Virus record (IMG/VR): IMGVR_UViG_3300032295_003787
Coordinates: 387-64,386 of that record
DNA length: 64,000 nucleotides
Direction: 5' to 3' (one strand)
DNA from: a virus
Taxonomy: Duplodnaviria; Caudoviricetes
Of the stretch, positions 36,650-46,107 are shown piece after piece. The notes below the pieces were generated by a model, which ran no database searches, had not been told where the DNA came from, and was given only the letters and a program-made list of their open reading frames with translations. The translations under genes and the position numbers were made by a program. Each line of letters starts with the position of its first letter. Position 1 is the stretch's first letter.

Positions 36650-37717
36650 ATGAGATTTCATGTGGTTTCACTACCTCACACAAACACGACCGAAGACTTC
36701 ACAGCCTGTGCTTATACGGAAAAGGTCCGCAAGTTCTGCATAATGATGAAAAACCTCGGTCATACAGTTTTTCTGTATGGAGGCGAATTCAACGAAGCTC
36801 CCTGTGACGAACATGTTCAGTGCATTACAGAGGAAGAGCGTCTAGCAGCAGTAGGGGGCAATCACTACTCCGCCGCGTCGTTTAATTGGAGTCTCCCTCA
36901 CTGGGTTAAATTCAATGACAATGTTATTAAGGGAATCCAGGAACGTTTAGAGCACAAGGATTTTATCTGCCTTATCGCCGGCTATGCCTCAAAACCAATT
37001 GCAGATGCTTTTCCGCAGGAGCTCAGCGTTGAGTTCGGGATTGGCTACGGAGGCTCGTTTGCTCAGTACAAGGTTTTCGAGTCCTATGCCTGGATGCACT
37101 CCTGCTATGGCTCCAAGGTGACCGACCCTCACGCCCTCGACGGCAAGTTCTACGACACCGTAATCCCGAGCTACATAGATGTTGACGACTTTCCTTTCCA
37201 GGAGGAGCCAGAGGACTACTACCTGTACATAGGACGACTTATAGAGCGGAAGGGCTATCAGATAGCCGTAGACGTCTGTAAGGCCCTAGGAAAGCGTCTG
37301 GTAGTCGCTGGACAGGGTACTCCGCCCTCCTACGGGGAGTACGTAGGGGTAGTTGGGACAGAAGAGCGGGCAAAGCTCATGGGTGGGGCAATTGCCACCT
37401 TTACCCCGACTATTTATGTAGAGCCGTTTGGCACAGTAGCTATCGAGGCAATGGCCTGCGGGTCTCCGGTTATTTCCACAGACTGGGGAGCTTTTACTGA
37501 GACAGTGATTGACGGGGTTACCGGTTATAGATGCCATACGTTGCAAGAGTTTGTAGACGCGGCAGAAAATGTCAAGTCTTTGGATAGGGCGCTAATTAGT
37601 AAATACTCAAAAGATAGGTACGGATTAGACGCGGTGGGTCTCATGTACGAGAAGTACTTCACTCGCCTACAGAGTCTTTGGGGTAAAGGCTGGTATGAGC
37701 TCAAGGAAGTAGAATAG
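36650..37717 (+). CDS. GT4 (GT-B) glycosyltransferase
   Basis: YIGRLIERKG and EPFGTVAIEAMACGSPVI motifs. Confidence 0.9.
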   Translation: MRFHVVSLPHTNTTEDFTACAYTEKVRKFCIMMKNLGHTVFLYGGEFNEAPCDEHVQCITEEERLAAVGGNHYSAASFNWSLPHWVKFNDNVIKGIQERLEHKDFICLIAGYASKPIADAFPQELSVEFGIGYGGSFAQYKVFESYAWMHSCYGSKVTDPHALDGKFYDTVIPSYIDVDDFPFQEEPEDYYLYIGRLIERKGYQIAVDVCKALGKRLVVAGQGTPPSYGEYVGVVGTEERAKLMGGAIATFTPTIYVEPFGTVAIEAMACGSPVISTDWGAFTETVIDGVTGYRCHTLQEFVDAAENVKSLDRALISKYSKDRYGLDAVGLMYEKYFTRLQSLWGKGWYELKEVE

Positions 37718-37721
37718 GTAG

Positions 37722-38078
37722 ATGGCTACTTATTCAAAACAAATTCTTAGTGGCAGTGTAAACGGCCTTGCAGAAAAGGTGACCGGAACAAGCACTATGT
37801 CATCAGTGATGGTCCATACTGCTGTTTCTGGTTCAACCAATTTTGATGAAATTTGGCTATACGCAAACAACACATCTTCAACCGCATCAAAATTAACAAT
37901 CGAATGGGGGACACCGACTGCTGCTGACGGAAATATTGAACTGTCGGTTCAGCCAGAGTCCGGCCTTATTTTAGTCATCCCTGGACTTTTGCTGAATGGC
38001 GGACATGTTGTAAGAGCTTTTGCCAGTGCAGCGAACGTAATCCTTCTTACTGGGTATGTAAACGCAATTCGGAGCTGA
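37722..38078 (+). CDS. Putative virion structural protein
   Basis: DEIWLYA.N, LVIPGLLL and GYVN pattern; operon context. Confidence 0.5.
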   Translation: MATYSKQILSGSVNGLAEKVTGTSTMSSVMVHTAVSGSTNFDEIWLYANNTSSTASKLTIEWGTPTAADGNIELSVQPESGLILVIPGLLLNGGHVVRAFASAANVILLTGYVNAIRS

Positions 38079-38079
38079 G

Positions 38080-39042
38080 ATGGTCCTTAGATGGAATCAA
38101 AGAAACAACCCCTCTAGGCAAGTGTCCTTACCAGGTGTTTGGCTGGGTTCCAAAAAAACTATTTTAAATAAGCCATACGTTGGCCAGTGGCTAAACGACG
38201 GATTTCCATTTAGCAGAATATCTGCTAGTGGCGGAACTGTTACCGACTATAACGGATATCGAATACATGAATTTACCTCTACCACTTCATTTGTGATTCA
38301 TCAGGGAATAGATGAAATAGAAGTAGTAATACTTGGCGGAGGAGGGGGTGGAGCTGGCGACGGAAACGGAGCTGGAGGCGCTGGAGCGGGAGGAAAAATT
38401 CAAACCGTATTGCGAGGTATGACAGTGGGAACGTATTCAATCGTTGTTGGTGCTGGAGGAGCAGCTGGAGGAAATTACCAAGAAGGAACAAACGGTTCCA
38501 ATAGCTCTGCATTCTCTCTAACCGCATTTGGAGGCGGAGGCGGAGGCGATTATCTAACAGGCCTTTCAGGGGGTTGCGGAGGTGGAGCAGGAGCAGGTGG
38601 CTACAGAGGAACTGGTTCTCAAGGCGGAAATGGTGGGTCATCTGGTTTCTATAACGGCGGAGGCGGCGGAGGAATAGGTATTCCAGAATATGGGTTTAGT
38701 GGCAACGGTTCCAATGGAAACTCGTCACCCAATGAAACTGGAGGCAATGGGGGCATGGGAGGCGGGGTGCCAGCAACCTATGACCCAGTAACAGATGAAA
38801 TACCCGTCTGGATGGCTGAAGGAATACCAAGAGGCGGAGGCGGAGGCGGAGGCGGAGGCGGGCAAGGCCAAATCTCAACCGGTGGCTATGGAGGGGGAGG
38901 CGTTGGTGTTGGTGCAGTTTATGAGTCATATGGAATATATGCCGGAGCCGGAGCCGTAAATACGGGTGGTGGCGGAGGAAGTGGCTATTCAAGAGGTGCT
39001 ACCGGAGGCTCTGGATATGTGGCACTAAGGTATCGGCTGTAA
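38080..39042 (+). CDS. Glycine-rich virion protein
   Basis: SGGTVT..GYRIHEFT, polyglycine tracts, NTGGGGG...GGSG.V.LRY. Confidence 0.7.
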   Translation: MVLRWNQRNNPSRQVSLPGVWLGSKKTILNKPYVGQWLNDGFPFSRISASGGTVTDYNGYRIHEFTSTTSFVIHQGIDEIEVVILGGGGGGAGDGNGAGGAGAGGKIQTVLRGMTVGTYSIVVGAGGAAGGNYQEGTNGSNSSAFSLTAFGGGGGGDYLTGLSGGCGGGAGAGGYRGTGSQGGNGGSSGFYNGGGGGGIGIPEYGFSGNGSNGNSSPNETGGNGGMGGGVPATYDPVTDEIPVWMAEGIPRGGGGGGGGGGQGQISTGGYGGGGVGVGAVYESYGIYAGAGAVNTGGGGGSGYSRGATGGSGYVALRYRL

Positions 39043-39401
39043 TGGCACATTTTGCAGAACTAGACGAAAACAACATGGTCTTACAGGTGGTATTTATTGC
39101 TAACGAAGACTGCATTGACAACGGGGTTGAGTCCGAAGAAGTGGGTTCTCTGTTTTGCTCATCACTACTTGGCGGCAGATGGATTCAAACGTCATACAAC
39201 GGAACCTTTCGCAAGAATTACGCTGGTGTAGGGTTTGCCTATGATTTTGCTAGAGACGCTTTTATATCACCTCAAAAATTTCCCTCATGGACTTTAAATG
39301 AGTCAACATGTAAATGGGAACCTCCACAGCCAAGGCCTATAGAAGGAATATGGTTTTGGAATGAACAAACACAACAATGGGAAACACCGGAAGAACAATG
39401 A
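39042..39401 (+). CDS. Conserved phage protein (MAHFAELD family)
   Basis: MAHFAELDEN..V, WIQTSYN..FRKNYAG.G..YD..RDAFI.P and SW.LNE..C.W. Confidence 0.7.
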   Translation: MAHFAELDENNMVLQVVFIANEDCIDNGVESEEVGSLFCSSLLGGRWIQTSYNGTFRKNYAGVGFAYDFARDAFISPQKFPSWTLNESTCKWEPPQPRPIEGIWFWNEQTQQWETPEEQ

Positions 39402-39883
39402 ACGTAAATATAGTTAATGCATTCAAACTTTTTACAGAGGATGAATGTCAACGTTTATCAAGCAATCTTCCAGACCCATCTACATTTGAGTCTAATTATC
39501 ATGTTTATTCCCTACAAAGAGGAATAGACGATTCCTGGTTTGAGGTAGTAACAGCAGCGGTTAAAAACAACAACCGTATGAAAATCTCCATATCTTCTTT
39601 AAGCAACTTAGATATTCATATTCATGGCAGCACAAGCTTTTATGCCGACAGTATGAACTGGAGCCCAAATGAGCTTGAGAAAAAAATGCGTGTTTTTGTT
39701 CCGCTGCTTGGCCACGAAGGTAAAGAGTTTTCTGTCTCGATAGGACGAATTGTGGAAACATTCACACCGCAAGTTGGTTATGGTTATTCCTGGCCAGCTT
39801 GGGCAACGCTTAGTTCTAATAAGAACTCAAACCTAGGCCTCGTTAATCTCGATGGAACCGTAATTGGTAAAAAGCTAAGTTAA
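39398..39883 (+). CDS. Degenerate 2OG-Fe(II) oxygenase-like protein
   Basis: LFTEDEC start and KMRVFVPL..HEGKEF...G.GYSWPAW scaffold, but the HxD...H ligands are absent. Confidence 0.4.
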   Translation: MNVNIVNAFKLFTEDECQRLSSNLPDPSTFESNYHVYSLQRGIDDSWFEVVTAAVKNNNRMKISISSLSNLDIHIHGSTSFYADSMNWSPNELEKKMRVFVPLLGHEGKEFSVSIGRIVETFTPQVGYGYSWPAWATLSSNKNSNLGLVNLDGTVIGKKLS

Positions 39884-39913
39884 AATTTTGCTACACTTTA
39901 TAAGAGGTGTAGC

Positions 39914-41605
39914 GTGCATAACTTATCGAAAATACCCAAAGTAATACTGTTTTTACCAGTAGTTTTGCTTTGCTTTGTCCCCGCAGCCAAGGCCGAAACC
40001 TATACCGCATCGTCAGAAAACAGAGATTTTTACTTTACCTCTGAGGAGCCAGCAACCTTAACCATACGCACATACGCCCAACAGTATGGAATTGACTCAA
40101 TGTTGTGGGTCTACGACGAGCAAAACAACGTGATTGTTGCAAATGATGACCATTTTGGTCTCGACTCTTACGTTACTTTTCAGATGATTCCCCAAGAGCA
40201 GTACAGGCTTCGCGCCGGAGTTTGTTGTGGAGACCCTGAAAGATGGTACGGAAACTCCTATCTAATTGAGCCAAGTATGGGTCCAAGCAATCAGCCAGCA
40301 GCTACGACCAGTACGACTACGACCAGTACGACTACTACGACAATCGCACCATATCTAAACAATCCTCAAAACCTAACCATTACATCAACCAATCAAAACA
40401 AGGTGTATCTGGCCTGGGACGCTCCAGAACAATCCAATACTCAGGTAGAAAGATACGCTGTTTTTTTCTCAAACGACAATTGGTCTTCCGGCTGGGCAAT
40501 TTCTTCAACGCAGACATCTGCAATTGTTGAAGACTTAACGCCTAACACCGAATACCAGTTCAAGGTTCGTGCAGATAATGATTCTATTCCCGTGTATTCG
40601 GGGTGGAGTAATGAGGTATCTGGGTCAACTTTGCCGGTACCTACGACGACTACAAGTACTACGACGACTACAAGCACTACAACTACTACAAGTACTACTA
40701 GCACTATTCCGGAAACCACGACTACAAGCGTTTTCGTTTTTCCGACATTACCCCCAGTAGATACGGAGGAACCAGTTGAGACACCCTCGAGCCAAGGTGA
40801 TACCGAAAGCAATGAACCCGTCACCTCGGTACCACAATATGCCGAAGAACAAGAGGAACCAGCGGAAGAAACACCAGTAGAGTCTGTTGCCGAAGCCGCT
40901 GTAGCGGAGATTGATACAACAGAAGTTTCAGCCACTGAACTTGCCAATGTTGTCTCCAACATTCTTTCTAGCATTAAAAACGCCGAAGAACTTGGCTCAG
41001 TAGTTAGCGACATTCTTGATAAGCCGCTTACTGATGAACAGTTTGAATCTGTTATTGATGAGGTTCTTTCTGAACCACTTTCAACAGAAGAACTTTCCGC
41101 AGTGCTTGAAGCTGTTTTTGATGAACCTCTTTCTGATAAAAAGTTTGACTCTGTAATTGACGCAGTCCTGGACCAGCCACTCTCCGACGAACAGTTTGCT
41201 GAAGTTGTCAGCATTCTGGAAAGCGACACTGTTACTGAAGAGCAAGTTGCCAGTGCTGTTGAATCAATTATTGAGAACGGTGTTACTGAAGACCAGGCCA
41301 CTGAACTTGCTACCAGTGCAAAAGTTTTGCAAAGCATCGATGGTGACCAAGCAACAGAAATCTTTGCCACGGTCGACATCAGCGCAGTAACAACAGAAGA
41401 AGCCGCGCAACTGGTTGCAGCTGTTCAGGACGCGCCAACCGAGGTCAGAGAGGCGCTCGAGTCTGAAATAAACGTGTTCCAGGGGGCGATTGACACCTAC
41501 GTTCCTCTTGGCTCAAGCGTCCCTGTCGGAACAAGAAGAGTAATCATTGGCGCTAGTGCTCTTGCAATATTTAGTGCGCCCGTACCCGTATCTAGGAGAA
41601 ACTGA
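39914..41605 (+). CDS. Exported/membrane-anchored protein: signal peptide, FN3, Thr-rich linkers, acidic repeats
   Basis: N-terminal hydrophobic stretch ending AKA, FN3 (LTPNTEYQFKVRA), poly-Thr tracts, PL[ST]DEQF repeats, C-terminal hydrophobic tail. Confidence 0.75.
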   Translation: MHNLSKIPKVILFLPVVLLCFVPAAKAETYTASSENRDFYFTSEEPATLTIRTYAQQYGIDSMLWVYDEQNNVIVANDDHFGLDSYVTFQMIPQEQYRLRAGVCCGDPERWYGNSYLIEPSMGPSNQPAATTSTTTTSTTTTTIAPYLNNPQNLTITSTNQNKVYLAWDAPEQSNTQVERYAVFFSNDNWSSGWAISSTQTSAIVEDLTPNTEYQFKVRADNDSIPVYSGWSNEVSGSTLPVPTTTTSTTTTTSTTTTTSTTSTIPETTTTSVFVFPTLPPVDTEEPVETPSSQGDTESNEPVTSVPQYAEEQEEPAEETPVESVAEAAVAEIDTTEVSATELANVVSNILSSIKNAEELGSVVSDILDKPLTDEQFESVIDEVLSEPLSTEELSAVLEAVFDEPLSDKKFDSVIDAVLDQPLSDEQFAEVVSILESDTVTEEQVASAVESIIENGVTEDQATELATSAKVLQSIDGDQATEIFATVDISAVTTEEAAQLVAAVQDAPTEVREALESEINVFQGAIDTYVPLGSSVPVGTRRVIIGASALAIFSAPVPVSRRN

Positions 41606-41775
41606 TGTTTAAAAAAATTAAAGATGGATTAAGTGACCTCTCGTGGACTCTTGCTGGAACAGCGCTTGTCCTAATAACACTAAGCGGTCAAACAAGAACA
41701 TATGGCATATGGATATCGGCAGTTGCTTTGACTGTCTACTTTTTCGGGTTGCTCGTTAGTAGCGACGAAGATTAA
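41605..41775 (+). CDS. Small two-TM membrane protein (56 aa, below ORF track cut-off)
   Basis: MFKKIKDGLSDLSWTLAGTALVLITLSGQTRTYGIWISAVALTVYFFGLLVSSDED*; TGATG coupling. Confidence 0.55.
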   Translation: MFKKIKDGLSDLSWTLAGTALVLITLSGQTRTYGIWISAVALTVYFFGLLVSSDED

Positions 41776-41792
41776 AAAATAGAAGGAAAAAC

Positions 41793-42041
41793 ATGGAAAC
41801 AATTATTTCACTATGCGGAAGAATCGCCGCGGTATTCGGTTCTAGTGCTTTGGCCGCAATAGCTGGTGGCGCTGTTTTTGGCGTTGAGCTTTGGAAAAGC
41901 GCTGCAATAGCAGGCGTCATGTCTGCCGCTCGAGTTCTTGAATCCCTGATGGCCGCATACGCCGAAGATGGGGTTCTTGACAAGAATGAGATTTCAGAAG
42001 CTTTTGGTGGTACACCAAAACCTGGGAAGTCTAGCAAATAA
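41793..42041 (+). CDS. Putative holin
   Basis: Two hydrophobic segments; directly upstream of the putative endolysin. Confidence 0.5.
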   Translation: METIISLCGRIAAVFGSSALAAIAGGAVFGVELWKSAAIAGVMSAARVLESLMAAYAEDGVLDKNEISEAFGGTPKPGKSSK

Positions 42042-42102
42042 ACCTTCTGCTGGGTAAATAAAAGCCTTGCTAAAATAGAGATACCCAAACACGGAGGTCA
42101 CC

Positions 42103-42633
42103 ATGCCAAGAAAATATAGCTATTACCCAAGTTTTGATGGAAAAGGCGCACAGCCTGGAACCGAGAAGCTGGTTGAGCTTTGCGGCAAGAGATGGAAAAC
42201 AAAAAACTTGGGGATTTATTCTCCAAGATTGATGAGAAACTCCAAGACTGCCGGCAAGAAGATTGGCGACCCAGGTATGGAGAAGTTCCTAAGCGTTCAC
42301 GCCACTGGGGCGGCATGCGACGTTGGTTACACGGACCGCAAGGTTGGCGTTGAAATGTGGAACTGGTTTATCAAGTACACCAAAGAGCTTGGTATTGAAG
42401 AGATTCACGACTACGCATTTGACGCAAACCCCAAGGACAAGAACCAGGGGTATGGAAGAGGTTTTAGGTGCTCTCGCGGCGAAGGCGAAGCTGGGGTAAA
42501 AATTTTTACCGAGGCTGACAATGCCGGAAGTTTTGGAGGAAAGTGGCTCCATTTAGAGCTTTCTCCAGAAATGGCAAAAGACGCTGCAAAGTTTGAAGCA
42601 GCATGGCGCGCACTTCCTAAACCCGGTGCTTGA
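42103..42633 (+). CDS. Putative endolysin, LAS/M15-like Zn peptidase
   Basis: SVHATGAACD...WLHLE zinc-ligand pattern; flanked by small membrane proteins. Confidence 0.65.
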   Translation: MPRKYSYYPSFDGKGAQPGTEKLVELCGKRWKTKNLGIYSPRLMRNSKTAGKKIGDPGMEKFLSVHATGAACDVGYTDRKVGVEMWNWFIKYTKELGIEEIHDYAFDANPKDKNQGYGRGFRCSRGEGEAGVKIFTEADNAGSFGGKWLHLELSPEMAKDAAKFEAAWRALPKPGA

Positions 42634-42639
42634 TTCTAA

Positions 42640-42867
42640 ATGGAAGCAATTACAGTTGCTCTCATCACTGCAGTAGGCGCTGTTGTTGCTGTCCTTGTTG
42701 AAAAGGGACGTCGTGAAAACAAAGCCGACCACGGGGTTGTCTCAGAAAAACTCGACATCATTGGTAAAAACCTTGGTCGTTCAATAGACCGGGTAGAAGC
42801 AACCGTTGTTCGCAACGAATCAAAGCTGGACCAACACATTAGAGACCACGCAAAGGGAGAGCTCTAA
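42640..42867 (+). CDS. Membrane-anchored coiled-coil lysis-cassette protein
   Basis: N-terminal TM then coiled coil ending KLDQHIRDH. Confidence 0.55.
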   Translation: MEAITVALITAVGAVVAVLVEKGRRENKADHGVVSEKLDIIGKNLGRSIDRVEATVVRNESKLDQHIRDHAKGEL

Positions 42868-43109
42868 TGGCCGGTAAAAAACCAGCAAAGCCAATGGCAG
42901 GACAGGCGAAACAAAAAGTCCAGGACCCAGAGATATACGGTTCCCTAGTTAAGTTTATTGGCTCAAAGCAAAGCCCCTGCACCTGTACGCAATGTGGACG
43001 TCAAGTTGTTCGCGGAATGGTAAGAATGAGAAAAGAGTCTTTTTTCTGCTCTGCAAACTGCGCAAAAGCCGACTGGCAAGCTACTCAGCAACCCACCGTA
43101 GAGGCCTGA
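42867..43109 (+). CDS. Small Zn-finger protein
   Basis: CTQC...FCSANC. Confidence 0.55.
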   Translation: MAGKKPAKPMAGQAKQKVQDPEIYGSLVKFIGSKQSPCTCTQCGRQVVRGMVRMRKESFFCSANCAKADWQATQQPTVEA

Positions 43110-43168
43110 TTAGTATAAGATGACCGTGTTCGTCAATTGAGACGTACCCGTTTACCTGAATTTATCTA

Positions 43169-43537
43169 ATGAGCGAAGAATCAATAATTGAATGGCATAA
43201 CGACCATCACATTGTGAAGATTATTCTCAATCGGTCAAACTTCGTCATAGATGATGTTGTGTGCCCTGCAATCGAAGATTCTGCCGATTGTCGCCATGAA
43301 TCCATCGATGGATGCCTAGTTAAGTGGTTTCTAATGCGCTATGGCTTTGACTGCAACGTTGGTGTGGTTCCTGCCGCGTCTGAGTTGGAGATTGCTTGGG
43401 CGCTCGTATCGGAATCACCATATGACCCAGAGCTATGGCAAGTCTGGGTAATACCTACATCCGATGAAGTCTTTGCTGCCTGGCTTGATTCTCAGAATGG
43501 CGACTCATCGTCAGAAGAAGCCAAAACAGACATTTGA
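43169..43537 (+). CDS. Hypothetical Cys-containing protein
   Basis: 122-aa ORF ending the late operon. Confidence 0.55.
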   Translation: MSEESIIEWHNDHHIVKIILNRSNFVIDDVVCPAIEDSADCRHESIDGCLVKWFLMRYGFDCNVGVVPAASELEIAWALVSESPYDPELWQVWVIPTSDEVFAAWLDSQNGDSSSEEAKTDI

Positions 43538-43944
43538 TGTATTCCGTCATAGAATCGTGAAACATCTGGATGCTTGTACGCCCGGTCCTTGTTGACTCGG
43601 TAGATGTTGCGACCTTTTTCTTTCTGCTTTGTTACAAGGCCTGCATCAATAAGAGTCTTAATTGACTTCTGAATATTTGATTCAGTTACTCCAAGATATA
43701 CAGCTAGCGCCCTTTGTGTTATCGAGCTGTCTTCCATGATTGCCACAAGCACACGACCCGCAGGGCTAAGTATTGATATCTCGTCTTTCGAACAATATGA
43801 AATCATTTTCTGCTGGTCAAGAGTGCGCATGATTCCCTCGAGGAGTTCATCGTTGTTTGCTCCTGCGGCCATCGCGGTCTTTATCATCTCGCTCAAAGGC
43901 TGACGAAGAACGTGCTCGCGAGTTTTACTATCTTTTGTGCCCAT
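43492..43944 (-). CDS. MarR-like winged-helix transcription regulator
   Basis: ITQRALAVYLGVTESNIQKSIKTLIDAGLVTKQKEKGRNIYRV wHTH. Confidence 0.75.
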   Translation of the reverse strand: MGTKDSKTREHVLRQPLSEMIKTAMAAGANNDELLEGIMRTLDQQKMISYCSKDEISILSPAGRVLVAIMEDSSITQRALAVYLGVTESNIQKSIKTLIDAGLVTKQKEKGRNIYRVNKDRAYKHPDVSRFYDGIHQMSVLASSDDESPF

Positions 43945-44027
43945 AATGTTTGACTCTAGCAAAAAGACTTAGAGTATACTGCAGGAAACCACTGAACAAC
44001 AGTGGAACCGTACTGGTCGGGAGTCAT

Positions 44028-44285
44028 ATGACAGAGCTTAGAGAAATATTTTCGAAGATGGCTGACGAAGAGTCAAGCGACCTGTGCCCTGTAGGACGAC
44101 TTCTGGCGAAGTTCGACGAAGAAACAAAATCTGCGTTTACGCGCGTTCTGTCCTCGCCGGCATCAACCAGAGACATACATTCCGAGCTGACAAAAGCTGG
44201 ATACAAAATCGGCCGAGACACTCTCGGAAGTCACCGGAATAACTGGTGCCGCTGTAAAGGATATAACGACGATGGCACGAAATGA
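44028..44285 (+). CDS. Small Cys/His (Zn-binding) protein preceding the phosphoesterase
   Basis: CPVG...SHRNNWCRC. Confidence 0.55.
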   Translation: MTELREIFSKMADEESSDLCPVGRLLAKFDEETKSAFTRVLSSPASTRDIHSELTKAGYKIGRDTLGSHRNNWCRCKGYNDDGTK

Positions 44286-45522
44286 AAAGAGCAAGTCGCT
44301 GGCAGATAGGCTGGCGGCAATCGAGCACCAGGCTGAGCACGAAGACGCAATAAAGTCTCGCCCAAAGCCTTCAGGATGGGAGCCAGGCGTTGTCTGGGAT
44401 GGCAAAGCCGGAAGCGTCACCACAGACGCCCTCTATGAGACGCCAAAGTCGTGGGACGACGTTCTCCGTGCCCGAGGACTAGACCCAGACGTCTACGAAG
44501 TCGCCGGCGACACAATCCGCTGGTGCTCATACGACGGATGGCGCAAAGACTCTCCAGACGAGCCTGCCTATAGCGCAATCTGCTATTCGTTCAAAGCTGA
44601 CATTCGCCTCAAGCGCAAGGTCGAGAAGTCTGAGATACCTGAAGAGCTCTACAAGGAAGCTCGTAAGGCAAAGAAGTCCACAAAGGCTGTTAAGTCTGGT
44701 GATGAAACTTTCCTCGTCACGCTCTCTGACTGGCAGACCGGAAACCGTGATGGCGGTGGAGTAGCTCGCCAGGCTGAGAAGATAGCACAATTGGTCGACT
44801 CAATTCCTCAGCGTTTAGCGGATTTGCGCCGTTCTGGGCACAACATCGGAACGGTTGCTATCGCCGGCCTTGGCGATTTGATGGAAGGCACCTGCGGGCA
44901 CTACCCATCACAGCAGTTCCGCATAGAGCTTGACCGTCGCGAACAGCTCAAATTAGTGCGTCGTGGCATCCGTGATATCATCATGGCGACAGCACCTCAC
45001 TGCGAGAAGATGATTGTGACAGCGGTGGGCGGCAACCATGGCGAAAACCGTGGACTCCAGGGCAAAGCTTTCACCACAACTGGGGACAACGACGATGTTG
45101 CTATCTTCGAGCAGATAGCCGAAATCCTCTCCGTAAACCCTGATGCATATGGGCACGTAGGTTTTAGGCTTCCTCTTGAGCGTCTTACCGTTTCGCTAAA
45201 TCTGTCCGGTAAGAACGTTGCATTTACGCACGGTCACCTTTCCAAGCCTGGGGCAAACGCGGCACAAGCTGTATGGAACTGGTGGAAGGACCAGACTCTT
45301 GGTCGTGCACACGCCGGAGTAGCCGATGCAGACATTCTTGTTGTTGGTCATTACCACCACTTCAATGTCAAGGAACAAGAAGGCCGCGCGGTAATTATTG
45401 CGCCGAGTCTTACCCCAGTAGGCGAATACTTCCAAGATGCCTATGGAGTAAAGACACGTCCGGGAACACTCACAATGACCATCTCTGAGGAAGGGTGGGG
45501 GAATCTCCACCTTTTGGACTAA
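44272..45522 (+). CDS. Calcineurin-like metallophosphoesterase (Mre11-like nuclease)
   Basis: SDWQ, GDLME, GNHG, FTHGH and GHYHH motifs. Confidence 0.85.
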   Translation: MARNEKSKSLADRLAAIEHQAEHEDAIKSRPKPSGWEPGVVWDGKAGSVTTDALYETPKSWDDVLRARGLDPDVYEVAGDTIRWCSYDGWRKDSPDEPAYSAICYSFKADIRLKRKVEKSEIPEELYKEARKAKKSTKAVKSGDETFLVTLSDWQTGNRDGGGVARQAEKIAQLVDSIPQRLADLRRSGHNIGTVAIAGLGDLMEGTCGHYPSQQFRIELDRREQLKLVRRGIRDIIMATAPHCEKMIVTAVGGNHGENRGLQGKAFTTTGDNDDVAIFEQIAEILSVNPDAYGHVGFRLPLERLTVSLNLSGKNVAFTHGHLSKPGANAAQAVWNWWKDQTLGRAHAGVADADILVVGHYHHFNVKEQEGRAVIIAPSLTPVGEYFQDAYGVKTRPGTLTMTISEEGWGNLHLLD

Positions 45523-45553
45523 TGGTTAACGCCCTTTATTTGATTGGAATGTC

Positions 45554-45775
45554 ATGCTTGGCCGGCTTTATCGTATATCTAGCGTCAAAGGACTAAAGAA
45601 CCTTGGCGACCCAGCCAAGATAATCGAATATATGCACACGCTCGAAGAGAGAGTGATAGATGCAGGCCTTGAAATTGACTCTCTCAAGGCAGAGATAGAA
45701 CGTCTAAGCAGAGAAGTAAGCAGCAAGATTGCAGAAATACAGCACCTAGAGGCAGTAAACAGGGGTAAATGGTGA
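45554..45775 (+). CDS. Coiled-coil hypothetical protein
   Basis: Heptad pattern. Confidence 0.45.
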   Translation: MLGRLYRISSVKGLKNLGDPAKIIEYMHTLEERVIDAGLEIDSLKAEIERLSREVSSKIAEIQHLEAVNRGKW

Positions 45776-45882
45776 GTGCTATCATTGAAACAAAGCTCGA
45801 AAAGTTACGCCAAATTGCCATTATTGACTCCTTGGTATTTTGTATTTGCCTATGTTTTGCTTATGAAATAAGGGTTTGAGCA

Positions 45883-46107
45883 ATGACATATCTGGAATTC
45901 GAAAAACTCGTCAACGAACAGTTCGACCAGTATGAAAAGACAAGCCCTGGAGACTGGCGCATAGGACAGGTCTACTTCAACCTTCTCTTTGATATCCGTC
46001 CTGATATTGCAGAAGAAATGCGTGGCTCTATTGTCGACCCATTCTTCAAACGCCGAATAACAGAAGTCGTTCGCAGCTTCGTAACGGACAGGTGGGACAC
46101 ACAGTGA
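45883..46107 (+). CDS. Hypothetical protein
   Basis: WRIGQVYFNLL...DPF motif common in phage small ORFs. Confidence 0.55.
   Translation: MTYLEFEKLVNEQFDQYEKTSPGDWRIGQVYFNLLFDIRPDIAEEMRGSIVDPFFKRRITEVVRSFVTDRWDTQ

Noticed and set aside
40441-41379. 312-aa antisense ORF (and similar antisense ORFs over collagen, Gly-rich and TMP genes)
   Set aside because: Shadow frames of repetitive or biased + strand coding sequence with no independent signals.
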